From IMG/VR virus record IMGVR_UViG_3300035388_000078, positions 1 through 59,088 of that record: a DNA stretch of 59,088 nucleotides, one strand, 5' to 3'. Below, piece after piece: positions 12,401 through 20,209 of the stretch. Below the pieces are notes generated by a model. That model worked only from the letters and a program-made list of their open reading frames with translations, was not told the origin of the DNA and did not search any database. The position numbers and the translations under genes are program-made. The DNA comes from a virus. Lineage: Duplodnaviria > Caudoviricetes. Positions within the stretch are counted from its first letter, which is position 1. Every line of letters starts with the position of its first letter.

Positions 12401-15400
12401 TCTGATACCAACAAGGGCTTTTATCTGGGACTCACGCTTTGATGTTTCTTTTGCGCTTTTTACAGAGTATTTGTGGGCATCATCTAATTTAGCAAGACGT
12501 TCACCCCGCACCACATACAAACCACCATCTTTTGTAGTGGTGATACTGTTTTGTCTTTCTTCGGTGTTATTGCTAATATACTGGATGTTATCGGTTTTAT
12601 TTCGTTTGGTCATTATATCGGCGGGGATTCTTTCGGATAGGGCATTTAAGACACCTTCATACCCATTTTTTCTTTCAACGATCATCCCTTCACGGCCCTG
12701 GGTGGTACCATGGCCAACGGTCATATTACCAAGGACATTTTCCGGTTTATGACCCCAATATTCATTTACTTTAATCACTCTCCCATCTGTTGCCTTTACT
12801 TCATTTCCCCGGGCATCTTTCATGGGAACCGATTCCATCCATGGAGCATGATGCTCTGCTTTGTTCTTCCCGTCATGTTTCTGGAAAACAAGAATATCAG
12901 CCACAACCGATGTGCCAGCATATTTTTTAAAGGCACCCATGGGCATACGATATGCCGCAACAAGAGTACCTCTTTTTTCCATCTGGCGCCGGGCAACTTT
13001 CCCTATTTTATCCATGGTCCCTGAACTGGTGATACCTATTACAAAACCACCATCCCGGACCTGATCCAAAGCTTTAACGAAAAAGTAATCATGGAGGGTT
13101 AGCCGATGTTTGTTATATCGCCTGTCTGCTGGTGATTCTGCTGCAAAAGGCCAGTTACCGATGACAAGATCATAAAAGCCGTCTGCAGTCTTGCTTTTTT
13201 CATATCCCATTTGCTGGACGTTGGTATCGGGATAAAGCATCTTGGCCATTTCCGCCGTGGTTTCGTCAAGCTCGATGCCGGTCAATTCACTGGTGACTTT
13301 CAAGTCTTTAGGCATTAATCCATAGAAATTACCTATACCCATGGAAGGTTCAAGCACCCTACCCCCCTTGAATCCCAATCTCTTTACGATATCCCACATG
13401 GCGGTTACAGTTGGTGGGTCTGTGTAGTGGGCATTGATGATAGAAGCCTGGGCAGATTTCCAGGCGGATTCTCCTAAGTGATCCCGGAGCCAATCATTTT
13501 CTTTCTGCCATCCTTCCTTGTATATAGGATTGCCCCAAAAACCCTTGAACATTTCTTGACCAAAAGAACCCCATCCAATATATGCAGCAATGGCGTCACG
13601 TTCCTCTGCTGTAGGGTTTCGCGCCTCATTCATAACCTTGTTAAAGGTTTCTATGGCTTTTTTATTTCTTTTGAATCTTACTTTAGGAGTGCCGCCTACT
13701 AATTTTTCAGGGTCATCAATGTGATAATTGCCTAACCCATCTCGTTCTCTTCTTCCGGATCCATTATCAACCAATCCTGTTCCGCCATCATCCGAGCGTC
13801 CGATCTCGGTATTCCCGCTTCCCTGTTCTTGTCCATTGCCTCCTGAGCCTTGCAAGCCAGAACGTAGGCCGTCTGTTCCAATATCCCCAGGTCCGTCAGG
13901 TTCTTGTACATCTTCGGGCGGCTGTCCTTCCAACAAGTCAACATCATTGTTATGTAAGGGTGTTTCATCCCCGGCCAGATCTCCGTTTCGTCCTCCTGGA
14001 ATCGTTTCGTCTGTTCCAGTACCCAGGTCTTGTACGTCTGATCCTCTTTCGATATCGGCATTGGCCTTTTCCTTTTCAATGGATTGAATTTCATCATATT
14101 CTTTAACAAGAGAATCGTCAATAACCATGTCATTTTCAACGAACTTTGCAAAGTATGGCCTACCCTTTGGGCTCAAGCCCTGGACAACCATTTTAGCGAA
14201 CTCGGCAGCATCTTTACCGGCCATCAATACTTCATTCAACATTTCTTGAAGCATGGGCTTGAGTTCGGCATAAAGATTTTCATCTGTTTTTTCAGTAGAA
14301 AAGCTGCCACGCTCACCCAATTTTTTATTCATTCTTTTTAAAAGGTCCGCAGCATTTGACATATGCTGCTTTGCATCCACAAGTTTTTGCTTGGATGTTA
14401 CTTTTTTGGCTTCTTTGTCAAATTCTGCAAGAAGGTTCGCCGGGTCAAATCCTTTGGGGATCTTGTCCGTTTTCGATTCGGCTCCCTGTTTAGGAGTTGA
14501 ACCATGGTCCGGTTTTTTCTCAACCAAGGGCCTTGTAAAGCCTTCCAATTCTTCCGCCGTCAAGAATTCATCTTCCCCGGCATCATACAATGCCTTTGGA
14601 GTTTTATATCTTTGCGGGGATGTGCTGGAATGGCCGCTTGAATGGTCTATCTTTCTAACCCAAGGAACGTCCTTGTCGATATAAAGCACCTTCCCGTCAC
14701 TATTTTTGCCTACATTTTTAAACCGGGTTTCTACTTCGGATTCCTTAGACTCCCCACTTTCCACAATTTTAGGAGTTTTTTCGTCAGATTTGACGGAATC
14801 AGCGGATAAGGCCCCAGGGGAAGAAGCAGTCAGATCCTTTCCACTGACAATTGTTTTCTTGCCCCCATCGACCTGGACCCGATATCCCAAGGACTTATGT
14901 TTCCCCAAGATTTTACCGGTCATGGGCTTTCCCTTTTTGGTTTTCCAGGAGACGCCCTGGCCATCTTCAAAGGTAGTAATGTCATTTTTCCCGAAATCCG
15001 TTGAATCCCCCGTTTTTTCGGTCCTTTTGTCCGTGTCCGGATAAGAATTTTTATCACTTGTTTCTGTTATATTTTGGGAACCATTTTGGGAATTATTGGA
15101 GCCAGAAAATGAATTTCCTGTTTTAGAATTATCCGGGCTTACAGCCAACGGTTTCTTAGTCCGCTTTCCATCCTTCAACCAGGCCTTAAAATCATCCTGA
15201 CCCATTTCAGTAATCGCACCAAACCCGCCCCAGCCCTTTTCATAGTTCGACATATAAAGGTCTTTTGCTTCCTGCTCGAACTCCGTGCCCATCACAACCT
15301 TATGCTCATCAAAGCGGCCCGTTTCCGGGTCCACCTGGTCTACAACAAATATCTTGGGGCTTGTCTCGGTACCAGCTTTTACAACAACATCCACCTGGTC

Positions 15401-17545
15401 TCCATCTTTGCCCATGGTCCTATTGAAGTACCCATAATGCCCGGTCATGGTGGATTCCCATTCTTTCCCCAACTTGTCCTTTCCTTTCCGGGTAGATCCG
15501 TCTGGGTTCTCAATGGAGATATTCAAGCCGTCAATTTTGATATGGGATTTTTTATAATTGCCGGCCTCTTTCTGAGCGTCTGAAGGATCAGTATTGACCT
15601 TATCTGGTTCAACCTCATGCTCAGGAACTGGCGAATCCTGTAAGACAGTTTCAGATTTAGAGTCAAAGACCGGTTTCATCCTGCCGTCAATATTTGCACC
15701 GGGAACATCTTGATTGCCACCGGGGGTATTTGTCATCCCGTTTTGAAATTTTCTTTGATCATGAACAGATTCGGATTCAAACTTAGCATCTGATACGTTT
15801 ATCCCATCATCATAATACACAGGATTGTTCGGCACCGATTGTGGTTGAGGCTTGAGCTTACCCTTATCAAGGTCAGCGAAAGGCAGATATTTTCCACCAT
15901 CATTATAATCCTGCATTCCACGTTGAGACTTTGGCATATCGGCGGGCATTGTTGGAATTTTACTTTCATCCGGACGGGTTTCCAAAGCGTTTTGGAAAGG
16001 TATAGACTGATCAATCCCCCTTCTTGAATCCTGGTGTTTTTGTAACGCCTGCGCTGCCTTTTCTCTCTTGAAAGTCTCTATCCCGGCCTGTTGCTCTACT
16101 TCTCCCTGGTTGTGTGTGGCAGGGGGGGCATAAAACTTTTTGGCCTTCGCTTTTACATACTGGCTTTCTGAATCGTTATCCGGATAAAGTTCTTCCACGG
16201 CTTCAAGGGAACCCACCTTTTTAATCAGGTTGTCTATAAAAGTCTCCCGTTTTACGTCCCGGGCAGGCACCGGCCCTTTCCCGTCTTCATAATCAAAGGG
16301 ATTTACATCTGCATACCGAGGATTGCCCCGTGTGTCTGTTTGGGGTAAAGTCTCCTGATCTTTTATCCCATGCTTAAATTGTTCTTTTCCTTGTTGGGTA
16401 AGGATTTCTTGTTCTTGTTTTTTCCAATATTGATTTTCAGTTTCGGCCTGGTCCCTCTTTCCCTCCGCTTCGGTCTTTTTCTTTTCTAAATCATGAATCC
16501 TTTGTTTCTGATCAGGACTTGGTTTCTTAAATTGCTTAAGGTTCTTAATTTTAGTATCCAAGGCATTAACGGTTGCACCCATGGCTGCACCAGTAAGCAA
16601 GCCCATAGCCGCCGCCTCATCAACCCCTTCGCTCAAAGGCCGGTTAAGGGCAGCATTCTGCCAAACCTGCTCCTGAACAGATTGGGGCAATTCTTCAAGA
16701 AGGCCCTCAGAAACCCCACCTTCAATAATCCGTCTGATTACGCCTTTCTCACTGATCTCGGACCCAATTTCTACCATCATGGTATCCGCATCGGCAAAAC
16801 CAAATTTTTTGGCTAATCGACCACCAACCATACCAAAGGCCCCGGTCCCGACACCTGATCCAGCAGCATAAAGAGACTGTTTTGCAGAAAGAAGTTTATT
16901 GTCTGTTTGTTGTCTGATTTGTTCAGCAGCAGATCCGGCAGCAGCGACACCTTCACCAACGGCACCAGCAACCCATGGAGCAAGCTTAAATCCTTTACCT
17001 GCAATCTTCCCGACCGCTCCCCCGGCGACCATCAAAGGTAAAGATTCAACAACGGCTTCAATAACAGTAGATGGATTTGTTATTATTTTACCGGTTTTCC
17101 CCCAAAATCCATTGGCATCCGATACACGTTTTTTTGCTGCTTTTTGTGCAGGGGACATCATGGCGTCTGCATTTTCCCCGGCCTTTTTAAAATCAAAGCC
17201 AAGGGTCTCATCAACAAATTTTCCGACATGCCCCGCTGTGGGAATATCCAATAATCCTACAGCCGATTCAGGAACCGCCATAAAACCCTTAGCAACCGCT
17301 ATACCCAAATCTTTGGCTGTCCCTGAGAAAGTCCGGCCAGGCGTTTCTTCTTGAATACCATGTGCCCGATCATACAAACCATCCAAATCATCCCCATTTT
17401 TTTTGGCCGGCATCCGATCATAAAGATCATCCAAAGGATCTTTATTCTTCTTGACAGGAAGATTTGGTGTCTTTTTTAAGGATCGTTGAAAGTCATCCTC
17501 TAAAATTTTTTGAAGGTGATTTTTTTCTATAGCATCGTTTTCCAT
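3449..17545 (-). CDS. Giant DarB-like polyvalent virion/ejection protein (InPase-like, N6-adenine MTase, SNF2 helicase, PRTase, zincin peptidase)
   Basis: GNYKKSH..HYGYF..DGDQVD..FDEHKV (~15170-15600); EPSMGIGNF (~13340) and IGNWPF (~13150); HEVGTGKT (~11260), DEAH (10721-10732), QRNGRGHRQG (~9560); IIVDDVVAQGGT (~7990); HELIH (~7260). Confidence 0.9.
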   Translation of the reverse strand: MENDAIEKNHLQKILEDDFQRSLKKTPNLPVKKNKDPLDDLYDRMPAKKNGDDLDGLYDRAHGIQEETPGRTFSGTAKDLGIAVAKGFMAVPESAVGLLDIPTAGHVGKFVDETLGFDFKKAGENADAMMSPAQKAAKKRVSDANGFWGKTGKIITNPSTVIEAVVESLPLMVAGGAVGKIAGKGFKLAPWVAGAVGEGVAAAGSAAEQIRQQTDNKLLSAKQSLYAAGSGVGTGAFGMVGGRLAKKFGFADADTMMVEIGSEISEKGVIRRIIEGGVSEGLLEELPQSVQEQVWQNAALNRPLSEGVDEAAAMGLLTGAAMGATVNALDTKIKNLKQFKKPSPDQKQRIHDLEKKKTEAEGKRDQAETENQYWKKQEQEILTQQGKEQFKHGIKDQETLPQTDTRGNPRYADVNPFDYEDGKGPVPARDVKRETFIDNLIKKVGSLEAVEELYPDNDSESQYVKAKAKKFYAPPATHNQGEVEQQAGIETFKREKAAQALQKHQDSRRGIDQSIPFQNALETRPDESKIPTMPADMPKSQRGMQDYNDGGKYLPFADLDKGKLKPQPQSVPNNPVYYDDGINVSDAKFESESVHDQRKFQNGMTNTPGGNQDVPGANIDGRMKPVFDSKSETVLQDSPVPEHEVEPDKVNTDPSDAQKEAGNYKKSHIKIDGLNISIENPDGSTRKGKDKLGKEWESTMTGHYGYFNRTMGKDGDQVDVVVKAGTETSPKIFVVDQVDPETGRFDEHKVVMGTEFEQEAKDLYMSNYEKGWGGFGAITEMGQDDFKAWLKDGKRTKKPLAVSPDNSKTGNSFSGSNNSQNGSQNITETSDKNSYPDTDKRTEKTGDSTDFGKNDITTFEDGQGVSWKTKKGKPMTGKILGKHKSLGYRVQVDGGKKTIVSGKDLTASSPGALSADSVKSDEKTPKIVESGESKESEVETRFKNVGKNSDGKVLYIDKDVPWVRKIDHSSGHSSTSPQRYKTPKALYDAGEDEFLTAEELEGFTRPLVEKKPDHGSTPKQGAESKTDKIPKGFDPANLLAEFDKEAKKVTSKQKLVDAKQHMSNAADLLKRMNKKLGERGSFSTEKTDENLYAELKPMLQEMLNEVLMAGKDAAEFAKMVVQGLSPKGRPYFAKFVENDMVIDDSLVKEYDEIQSIEKEKANADIERGSDVQDLGTGTDETIPGGRNGDLAGDETPLHNNDVDLLEGQPPEDVQEPDGPGDIGTDGLRSGLQGSGGNGQEQGSGNTEIGRSDDGGTGLVDNGSGRRERDGLGNYHIDDPEKLVGGTPKVRFKRNKKAIETFNKVMNEARNPTAEERDAIAAYIGWGSFGQEMFKGFWGNPIYKEGWQKENDWLRDHLGESAWKSAQASIINAHYTDPPTVTAMWDIVKRLGFKGGRVLEPSMGIGNFYGLMPKDLKVTSELTGIELDETTAEMAKMLYPDTNVQQMGYEKSKTADGFYDLVIGNWPFAAESPADRRYNKHRLTLHDYFFVKALDQVRDGGFVIGITSSGTMDKIGKVARRQMEKRGTLVAAYRMPMGAFKKYAGTSVVADILVFQKHDGKNKAEHHAPWMESVPMKDARGNEVKATDGRVIKVNEYWGHKPENVLGNMTVGHGTTQGREGMIVERKNGYEGVLNALSERIPADIMTKRNKTDNIQYISNNTEERQNSITTTKDGGLYVVRGERLAKLDDAHKYSVKSAKETSKRESQIKALVGIRNKYGQLLDAERGGKSSAENLRKELNRQYQNFVLNHGSINESFALKIFDKANDPLFPAMAALENNTGNKKKPIYKPSLIFKESTQRAKKSIKNPSVSDAFVLARNDSARTVDVDAIAKMANTTPDAVKKELFEKDALFETPAGTFEVKDIYLSGNIREKLSDAEDAQERNGLDMKRNIESLKKVMPADIPYFSIETNLGATWIPANVYQQFIGETANLPPEITKTIKLKPSINGWIVKFDNASSIDSRDETRTLWSTPGAPFTRIVRAAFTGQSITIKARDEHGNDYTDIAASAKANEKVEAFREALQDWIWKDVDRRVSLEKHYNEIMNAWATPEYDGSFLSFDGMMLKMGEEEFNLRKHQVDAIWRGVANGRGLYAHEVGTGKTYTMGGIAIESRRYGLAKKPLILGHNANSASVASDIQEMYPGAKILYIDNLTPKTIDQKLYQIANDDWDAIVLPHSLLSRLTLSRETLDRLAAEEIEALEAEAIASAEEDGFDIAGILDDEDALRKVRGASTAKELVKQRNKIIANIERQAMAASKENAVLFEQLGIDMIIIDEAHEFKKPPISTRMKVKGLNTQTSDKAIALNFLTGYVKELNSGKGVHIFTGTPITNTLNEIYNHMRYTMSDEMEKADVLSWDAWFNTFASVESDVERTTKGDYESVSRLSGFHNVSELRRFAGQYMDIVFADDMPEFVPRETKSGKSLHDKDITEKEKDELLNGRVDTGKVVGRPYKKLLNEVAEMSPEQRNILAEIVERSNSFANASGKERREIMLSGDNRNPVIIETDAAKAGFDPRLYDKDLSDHPDNKINRCVTNVIGHYAEHELASQVIFMEKGYSDTAKRSAGKNDAGEKMTRTVDVFNAAKDLKDKLIAKGILAEEIALVTGKVSKKKRKEIADKVNSGEIRVVVGLTATLGTGVNMQENLRAMHHLDAPWMPGELEQRNGRGHRQGNRWNTVYEYRYITDNIDARRWQVLAKKQKMITDFLKAKDGLRSIQGDAVELGNSDLDDINASFSEAAGDARILIREKLKKDIKKLEKKQRTHDFGIVEAKDKIKDIGKRVLPEYKEKIAAFKSDMDHFASVVNDPYSITINGKKFTKRDKAGVKLEQVSIAAAMKDNKGQFVQGDWDEKKIGEYRGFDIMAERNSFWGVSYYLKRETDHKVKPSIGSIDHNMRSMGKLYESGLVQIEEKERALERFKEVAKEPFGQEATLKVKKEMLSQVEADLSANPDAPPSWLAQGAPIGTEIYYEGEKYEVEGHRKGDVGYYLMIKKGEAREVVSYLDVMDENNLQVYEPLEGDEPVKKSGAIGRGAAGFTQQKFDNADLPGSNKVKFSISSVKPWAENFPNIYGHTSTAALKRHPDYEKAKAGDAKSAARLVSDLIKVDRVKKLGEQFPDAEVVAVHAEEKSGKNAIPGMIADAIGHITGLRVDITIMQSYRAEHTQKGSADRMLSRAEFDGQVKKGLQYIIVDDVVAQGGTISELRHYIENNGGKVVAVSSLSYARGSGTVAIQTSTIGELKKRFSQNEFEKLLQEYNVSGTIESLTEREGKYLLKFKTLDSIRNKFFEEKQEGSPRVLYSLLQRESPDLGSDQSGQVDKPSETLKTKEQHGRNLAARRVASESDKSGSGKTARKKFQSLLGFRDKDGTTKLTYPIDKKSEQLRKIAKAFGKTLHFFISKNPEINRINGLTNPATGTEIFVNINSTDPLISIVGHELIHQLKANHPDLYEFLTYQIEVSDQNFNKYVATLTGSREGSFTSVSDQDVLYEEFIGDFAADQFQRIEFWQRFLNHNRTFTERIIDILQGILDKLKTLFPRAEHLVSNLQESQETLAFVMSEAVRMEKAGNEDVYSWDAKGQTSKQAPMFSTSENMDIPASEKKEAYGQIFSGMKKVFTNRKNKGPNFKEDIGVIENVFGLMSHYSEKIPALAKTFDELLKRPEWKFQKENELAKDGETAMVGILTDLQKENLPAYNELEGYLHNRDIDQIGNLVVSHTETGDVPIEGYENPNQKRTWKVLSEKNEKTGKRKILQSGFKSKTEARKWSIEHEVDNYINIEGREALKAFRTMTANLHDYYAESWEAIIKEYEERGLAVPEVVTETKAGESRINLKVALAQMGERSSYYFPRQRSNGDWKITATKKGEPTIIDYRDYKATADYFAGTLEKQGYTVDTPEKVGSMSEDVYASIRDILGVQAAVNQALAETKMEKKERDLKSEFRLDGKWQGKDYVVQNGGQYEWSSAVLGELGGEEYSHRGITDESWAPGFRFTNAPKDMHEIVSNALFASRGLETDVSFQIAQSLAKQLADQLHSRGSQARMISRSEAVGIDVPQGYKTDPAKAIAQAINSAAGGFAKKQVALNTSKAITGQHFTWAEFQKQHPDYDSLKDIEEEKQGLSENSKADDTRIAKIDQQIKEMQIEAAGVKNESEASKQDRLYRIGALYRERGIIQKWKDPAHVKTLNKQIVRLRGGMHKEYRAFIEDNMIDSKRQKRAHGDAVNAVENVLRNKEASDRVIDTFRGLASVWFLGGRLSSAAINLTSLGTTVPACMSSYGDIPMRQVARLLGVSCKAYSSFATGKGKISDKDRVVLEEINSRGWLAAQLNMETVNALKSGPAKKYSRMVELLMTPFKVTEEFNRGTTLLAAYKGIRQTDTSISHENALLKAKKVSDRAHGIYGIENQPALLRKGRGLNAARSMYIFQTFIHNYFTTLAYMVGNKEAKAATYMLLSPIIFGGAGASVLLVATKMIFKAMGEDDPEEKIYQIAEQLFGETGGDVARYGLPGLTGISLKGSLAPNLPDFDGPMDILGPIGGMGQNIYQGGVNLTRGNYLKGLEKITPSFIGSGIKGVRESTQGITTKSGDPVFFGNKQLKGDLKTGITRGLGFNPIKISKPREVQWNETTLKRQYTERKRKLYNRIIKHFAQPGKDRNASEWQNIIFDIKKFNARVYGNAIDRFVPPITERTIKNRIKRAFRPRKSERLRNTKRKREGVL
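13732..14061 (-). CDS. Nested out-of-frame ORF (109 aa, TnpV-like pattern) inside the giant gene
   Basis: Internal promoter and AAGGAAAAGG RBS precede the ATG; product WKDSRPKMYKNLTDLGILEQTA...AEQDWL looks helical and protein-like; the main frame here is a G/D/R-rich linker. Confidence 0.6.
   Translation of the reverse strand: MPISKEDQTYKTWVLEQTKRFQEDETEIWPGMKHPYITMMLTCWKDSRPKMYKNLTDLGILEQTAYVLACKAQEAMDKNREAGIPRSDARMMAEQDWLIMDPEEENEMG
14093..14121 (-). promoter_or_regulatory. Intragenic sigma70-type promoter for the nested ORF
   Basis: TTGACG (14121-14116), 17 bp, TATGAT (14098-14093), 31 nt upstream of the ATG at 14061. Confidence 0.6.
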
Positions 17546-17556
17546 GCAGAATACCT

Positions 17557-18243
17557 TTAATTATTGAATTGTTGCATAAGAAGATCCTGAAGGTTCCTCG
17601 GTGCAGATTTAAAAATTTGTTTCCATTCATCACGATTTTCAGCTTGATCAAGGAGTCCTTGAAAATGGCGAAGGGCCTCCCCAGAATTAATAGTATCCAT
17701 CTCCCTCAAAGCATCCATGGATCCAAAAGATTTTTCTGCGGTGAGTGATCCGGATTCACGATCCATGATGTCCAGGTACAAACTATCCCTTCGTTTTACA
17801 TCAAATTGATGCTGGCCTTCATTCAAAGCCCTACTTTTCAATCCAAAATCACGATTTGAATTAGACCGGTCATTCTTAAAGCGGTCTCTGTCAAGATTCA
17901 ATCGCCCCATATTTTGGCGAAGCTGCCCGTTATTCTGCTCTTCCCGAAGGTCAAGTTCCCGGCTGCGCAAGTTAATATCATCTCTGTGTTCCACTTTCCT
18001 AAAATCAAGGCGGTCGTGATCCATACCCCTTAGATGTTCGTTTTGATAATCCCTCTCTGAGGCTGTATCATTGTATTGGTATTGCTGACTTCTTAGCTTG
18101 TCTTGAGCCAATTCAAGATATTTATCCTGTCTTTTGGAATTTTCAAAATCCCTTTGTCTTTGATAGTCAGATGATCCCCAGCTACTGGATACTACACCGA
18201 CCCTGTTGGCGTTGGTTGGTCCCCGCCTCGCTATTCTAAGCAT
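17557..18243 (-). CDS. Putative internal virion/ejection protein
   Basis: R/D/Q-rich helical protein immediately upstream of the giant gene. Confidence 0.5.
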   Translation of the reverse strand: MLRIARRGPTNANRVGVVSSSWGSSDYQRQRDFENSKRQDKYLELAQDKLRSQQYQYNDTASERDYQNEHLRGMDHDRLDFRKVEHRDDINLRSRELDLREEQNNGQLRQNMGRLNLDRDRFKNDRSNSNRDFGLKSRALNEGQHQFDVKRRDSLYLDIMDRESGSLTAEKSFGSMDALREMDTINSGEALRHFQGLLDQAENRDEWKQIFKSAPRNLQDLLMQQFNN

Positions 18244-18257
18244 ATGTTTTTCCCTCC

Positions 18258-20165
18258 TTATTTATAATTATAATTATGGCTCACAGAGGTTGATGTTGAC
18301 GATGACGATGAAGTCGACTCTGACGTTGATCGGCTATATGAATCGTTTGCCGATATACCGGCAGAGGCATTGATCGCGTTCATGGCGCTGGCGGCAAGCT
18401 GTGCACCGGCATTCAGAACTCCCTTGGACGCCTCCACCTTTAAAGTATTGAGCGACGTATATCCTTGAATTGCAACTTGAGCTATTGTTTCAGATTGCTG
18501 AAGCTCTAATTTAGCCCGTTCTAATTGGGCACGGATATTTTCAATCGTAATTGAATTCTTAGATGCAGCCCCTTGGATTTTTGTTGCATAAACTTCAGAT
18601 TCAGTTTTATACAGACTGACATCAAAACCAGCTGCTTTAATTTGGGCATCTATCTCCTGCGCCCATGCGGAAATCTCCTGACCCCATTTGTCAATTTTCT
18701 GCTGGTTTGATTTGAGTACATTTTCAGAATCAAGTGCCTTGATCCTTGCCACTTCCAACTTTGCACTTACTTTAGATTCATATGCCTTGACGGATTCTGA
18801 ATATGAAAGGACGTTGTTTCTTTCTGCTTCGGTCTCGACCTTATATATTTCAGATTTTAAAGACTCAGCTTCAATTTTGGCCCTATAAATATCATTAGCA
18901 ATCTTGGCCTGTTCAATTTTTTGAGATTGGATGTCAGATTCAATACGGGCAGATTCCAATGTAAAATTATAAATTTTTGCTTTGGTTTCAATTATTGATG
19001 CCTGGTGACCAAAAATTTTATATAAGACTTCTTTATTTTCAAGAGAAAGCTTGGCTCCTTCCATCTCGATTCTATAAGAATCTATCCTGATTTTTTCTGC
19101 TTCAATCCTATCCTTGTAAGCCGTCACCCTGGTTTGATATTCGCTAAGCTTCAACTTCTGAAAGGCCACCATGGCATCATATATTCTGACACCGGCCTCG
19201 TTATTAATTTTTATGGATTCAAGGCTTCTGGCTTCGTTTGATACATAGAATTCCCGAAACATTTTTTCAATTGCAACGACCTGTTCGACAGAGAACTTAA
19301 TATTACCTTGTTCAAGTTCTGCCTGACTGATCATAATTTCCCAGCCGATCTGATCATTTTTCCGGGAAATCTCTTTGCCGACATCTGCTAATTTGGACGC
19401 AAATGCAATCGGGGGAAGGTCAAACCCACTTGACCCGTACATATCTTCTGTATTCCTATAAAGAATTTCATTTTCAACCCGTTGCCGCTCTTTCCCACGA
19501 TCATATATAGCTCTCTCAATATCGATATTCATTCCGGTTCCGCCGTTTTCAATGTCGTTTAATACTTTTTTAAGCAACGACAACATAACGTCAGAATTAT
19601 AAATCGATCCTTGATACACCTGAGAGGTAGGGATTGATATATCTTCAATTTGCGGGGCTTGAACCGAAAACGAAGGTATATTCAAAACAGGAGCTACAGG
19701 CATGACAATTTCCTGATCTTCAGGTGCTTGTGGAATAGTCAAGTCTGGAACATCTGGAAGTTGTATGGAACTTAAAAGAGGTACTCCCGGTGCCGAAGGA
19801 ATGTTTATAATAGGTTTCTCAATAGAATTGGGGGAATAGTTTTCTGGTTCTACCGGCAATGTCGCTATATTAATGCTGGGTATATCAGAAAGAACCGGGT
19901 CAGAAGGCGCATCTGTCAGTATCAAATGTTTTTCCAGCACAGAGCTAGGGATCTCCGGCATTGAAATCTCAGCAAAGCTACCATCTGGAATATCAATTTC
20001 AGGAATACTTCCACTCAACGGGATAGCAAACGAATCAGCAAGTGTTGCTAAATTTTGAGCGTATTGCCTGGCGATTTCAAAACTTGCATCAGCCTTCTGG
20101 CTTACCCCGTTAAACACCTGGACAGTGTAATTATCAGCACCCCAATCTGTATCAATCATAGACAT
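18258..20165 (-). CDS. Phage structural protein (Pro-rich region, long coiled coil, Ser-rich tail)
   Basis: 635 aa with amphipathic coiled-coil pattern, within the tail/ejection block. Confidence 0.55.
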   Translation of the reverse strand: MSMIDTDWGADNYTVQVFNGVSQKADASFEIARQYAQNLATLADSFAIPLSGSIPEIDIPDGSFAEISMPEIPSSVLEKHLILTDAPSDPVLSDIPSINIATLPVEPENYSPNSIEKPIINIPSAPGVPLLSSIQLPDVPDLTIPQAPEDQEIVMPVAPVLNIPSFSVQAPQIEDISIPTSQVYQGSIYNSDVMLSLLKKVLNDIENGGTGMNIDIERAIYDRGKERQRVENEILYRNTEDMYGSSGFDLPPIAFASKLADVGKEISRKNDQIGWEIMISQAELEQGNIKFSVEQVVAIEKMFREFYVSNEARSLESIKINNEAGVRIYDAMVAFQKLKLSEYQTRVTAYKDRIEAEKIRIDSYRIEMEGAKLSLENKEVLYKIFGHQASIIETKAKIYNFTLESARIESDIQSQKIEQAKIANDIYRAKIEAESLKSEIYKVETEAERNNVLSYSESVKAYESKVSAKLEVARIKALDSENVLKSNQQKIDKWGQEISAWAQEIDAQIKAAGFDVSLYKTESEVYATKIQGAASKNSITIENIRAQLERAKLELQQSETIAQVAIQGYTSLNTLKVEASKGVLNAGAQLAASAMNAINASAGISANDSYSRSTSESTSSSSSTSTSVSHNYNYK

Positions 20166-20209
20166 TGAGTCACCACCCTTTCATTAATAATAAAAATTGC
20201 ACGTTTCAT

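Noticed and set aside
3449-17545. Tape measure protein or virion RNA polymerase
   Set aside because: The motifs are MTase, helicase, PRTase and peptidase; no polymerase or tape-measure signature seen
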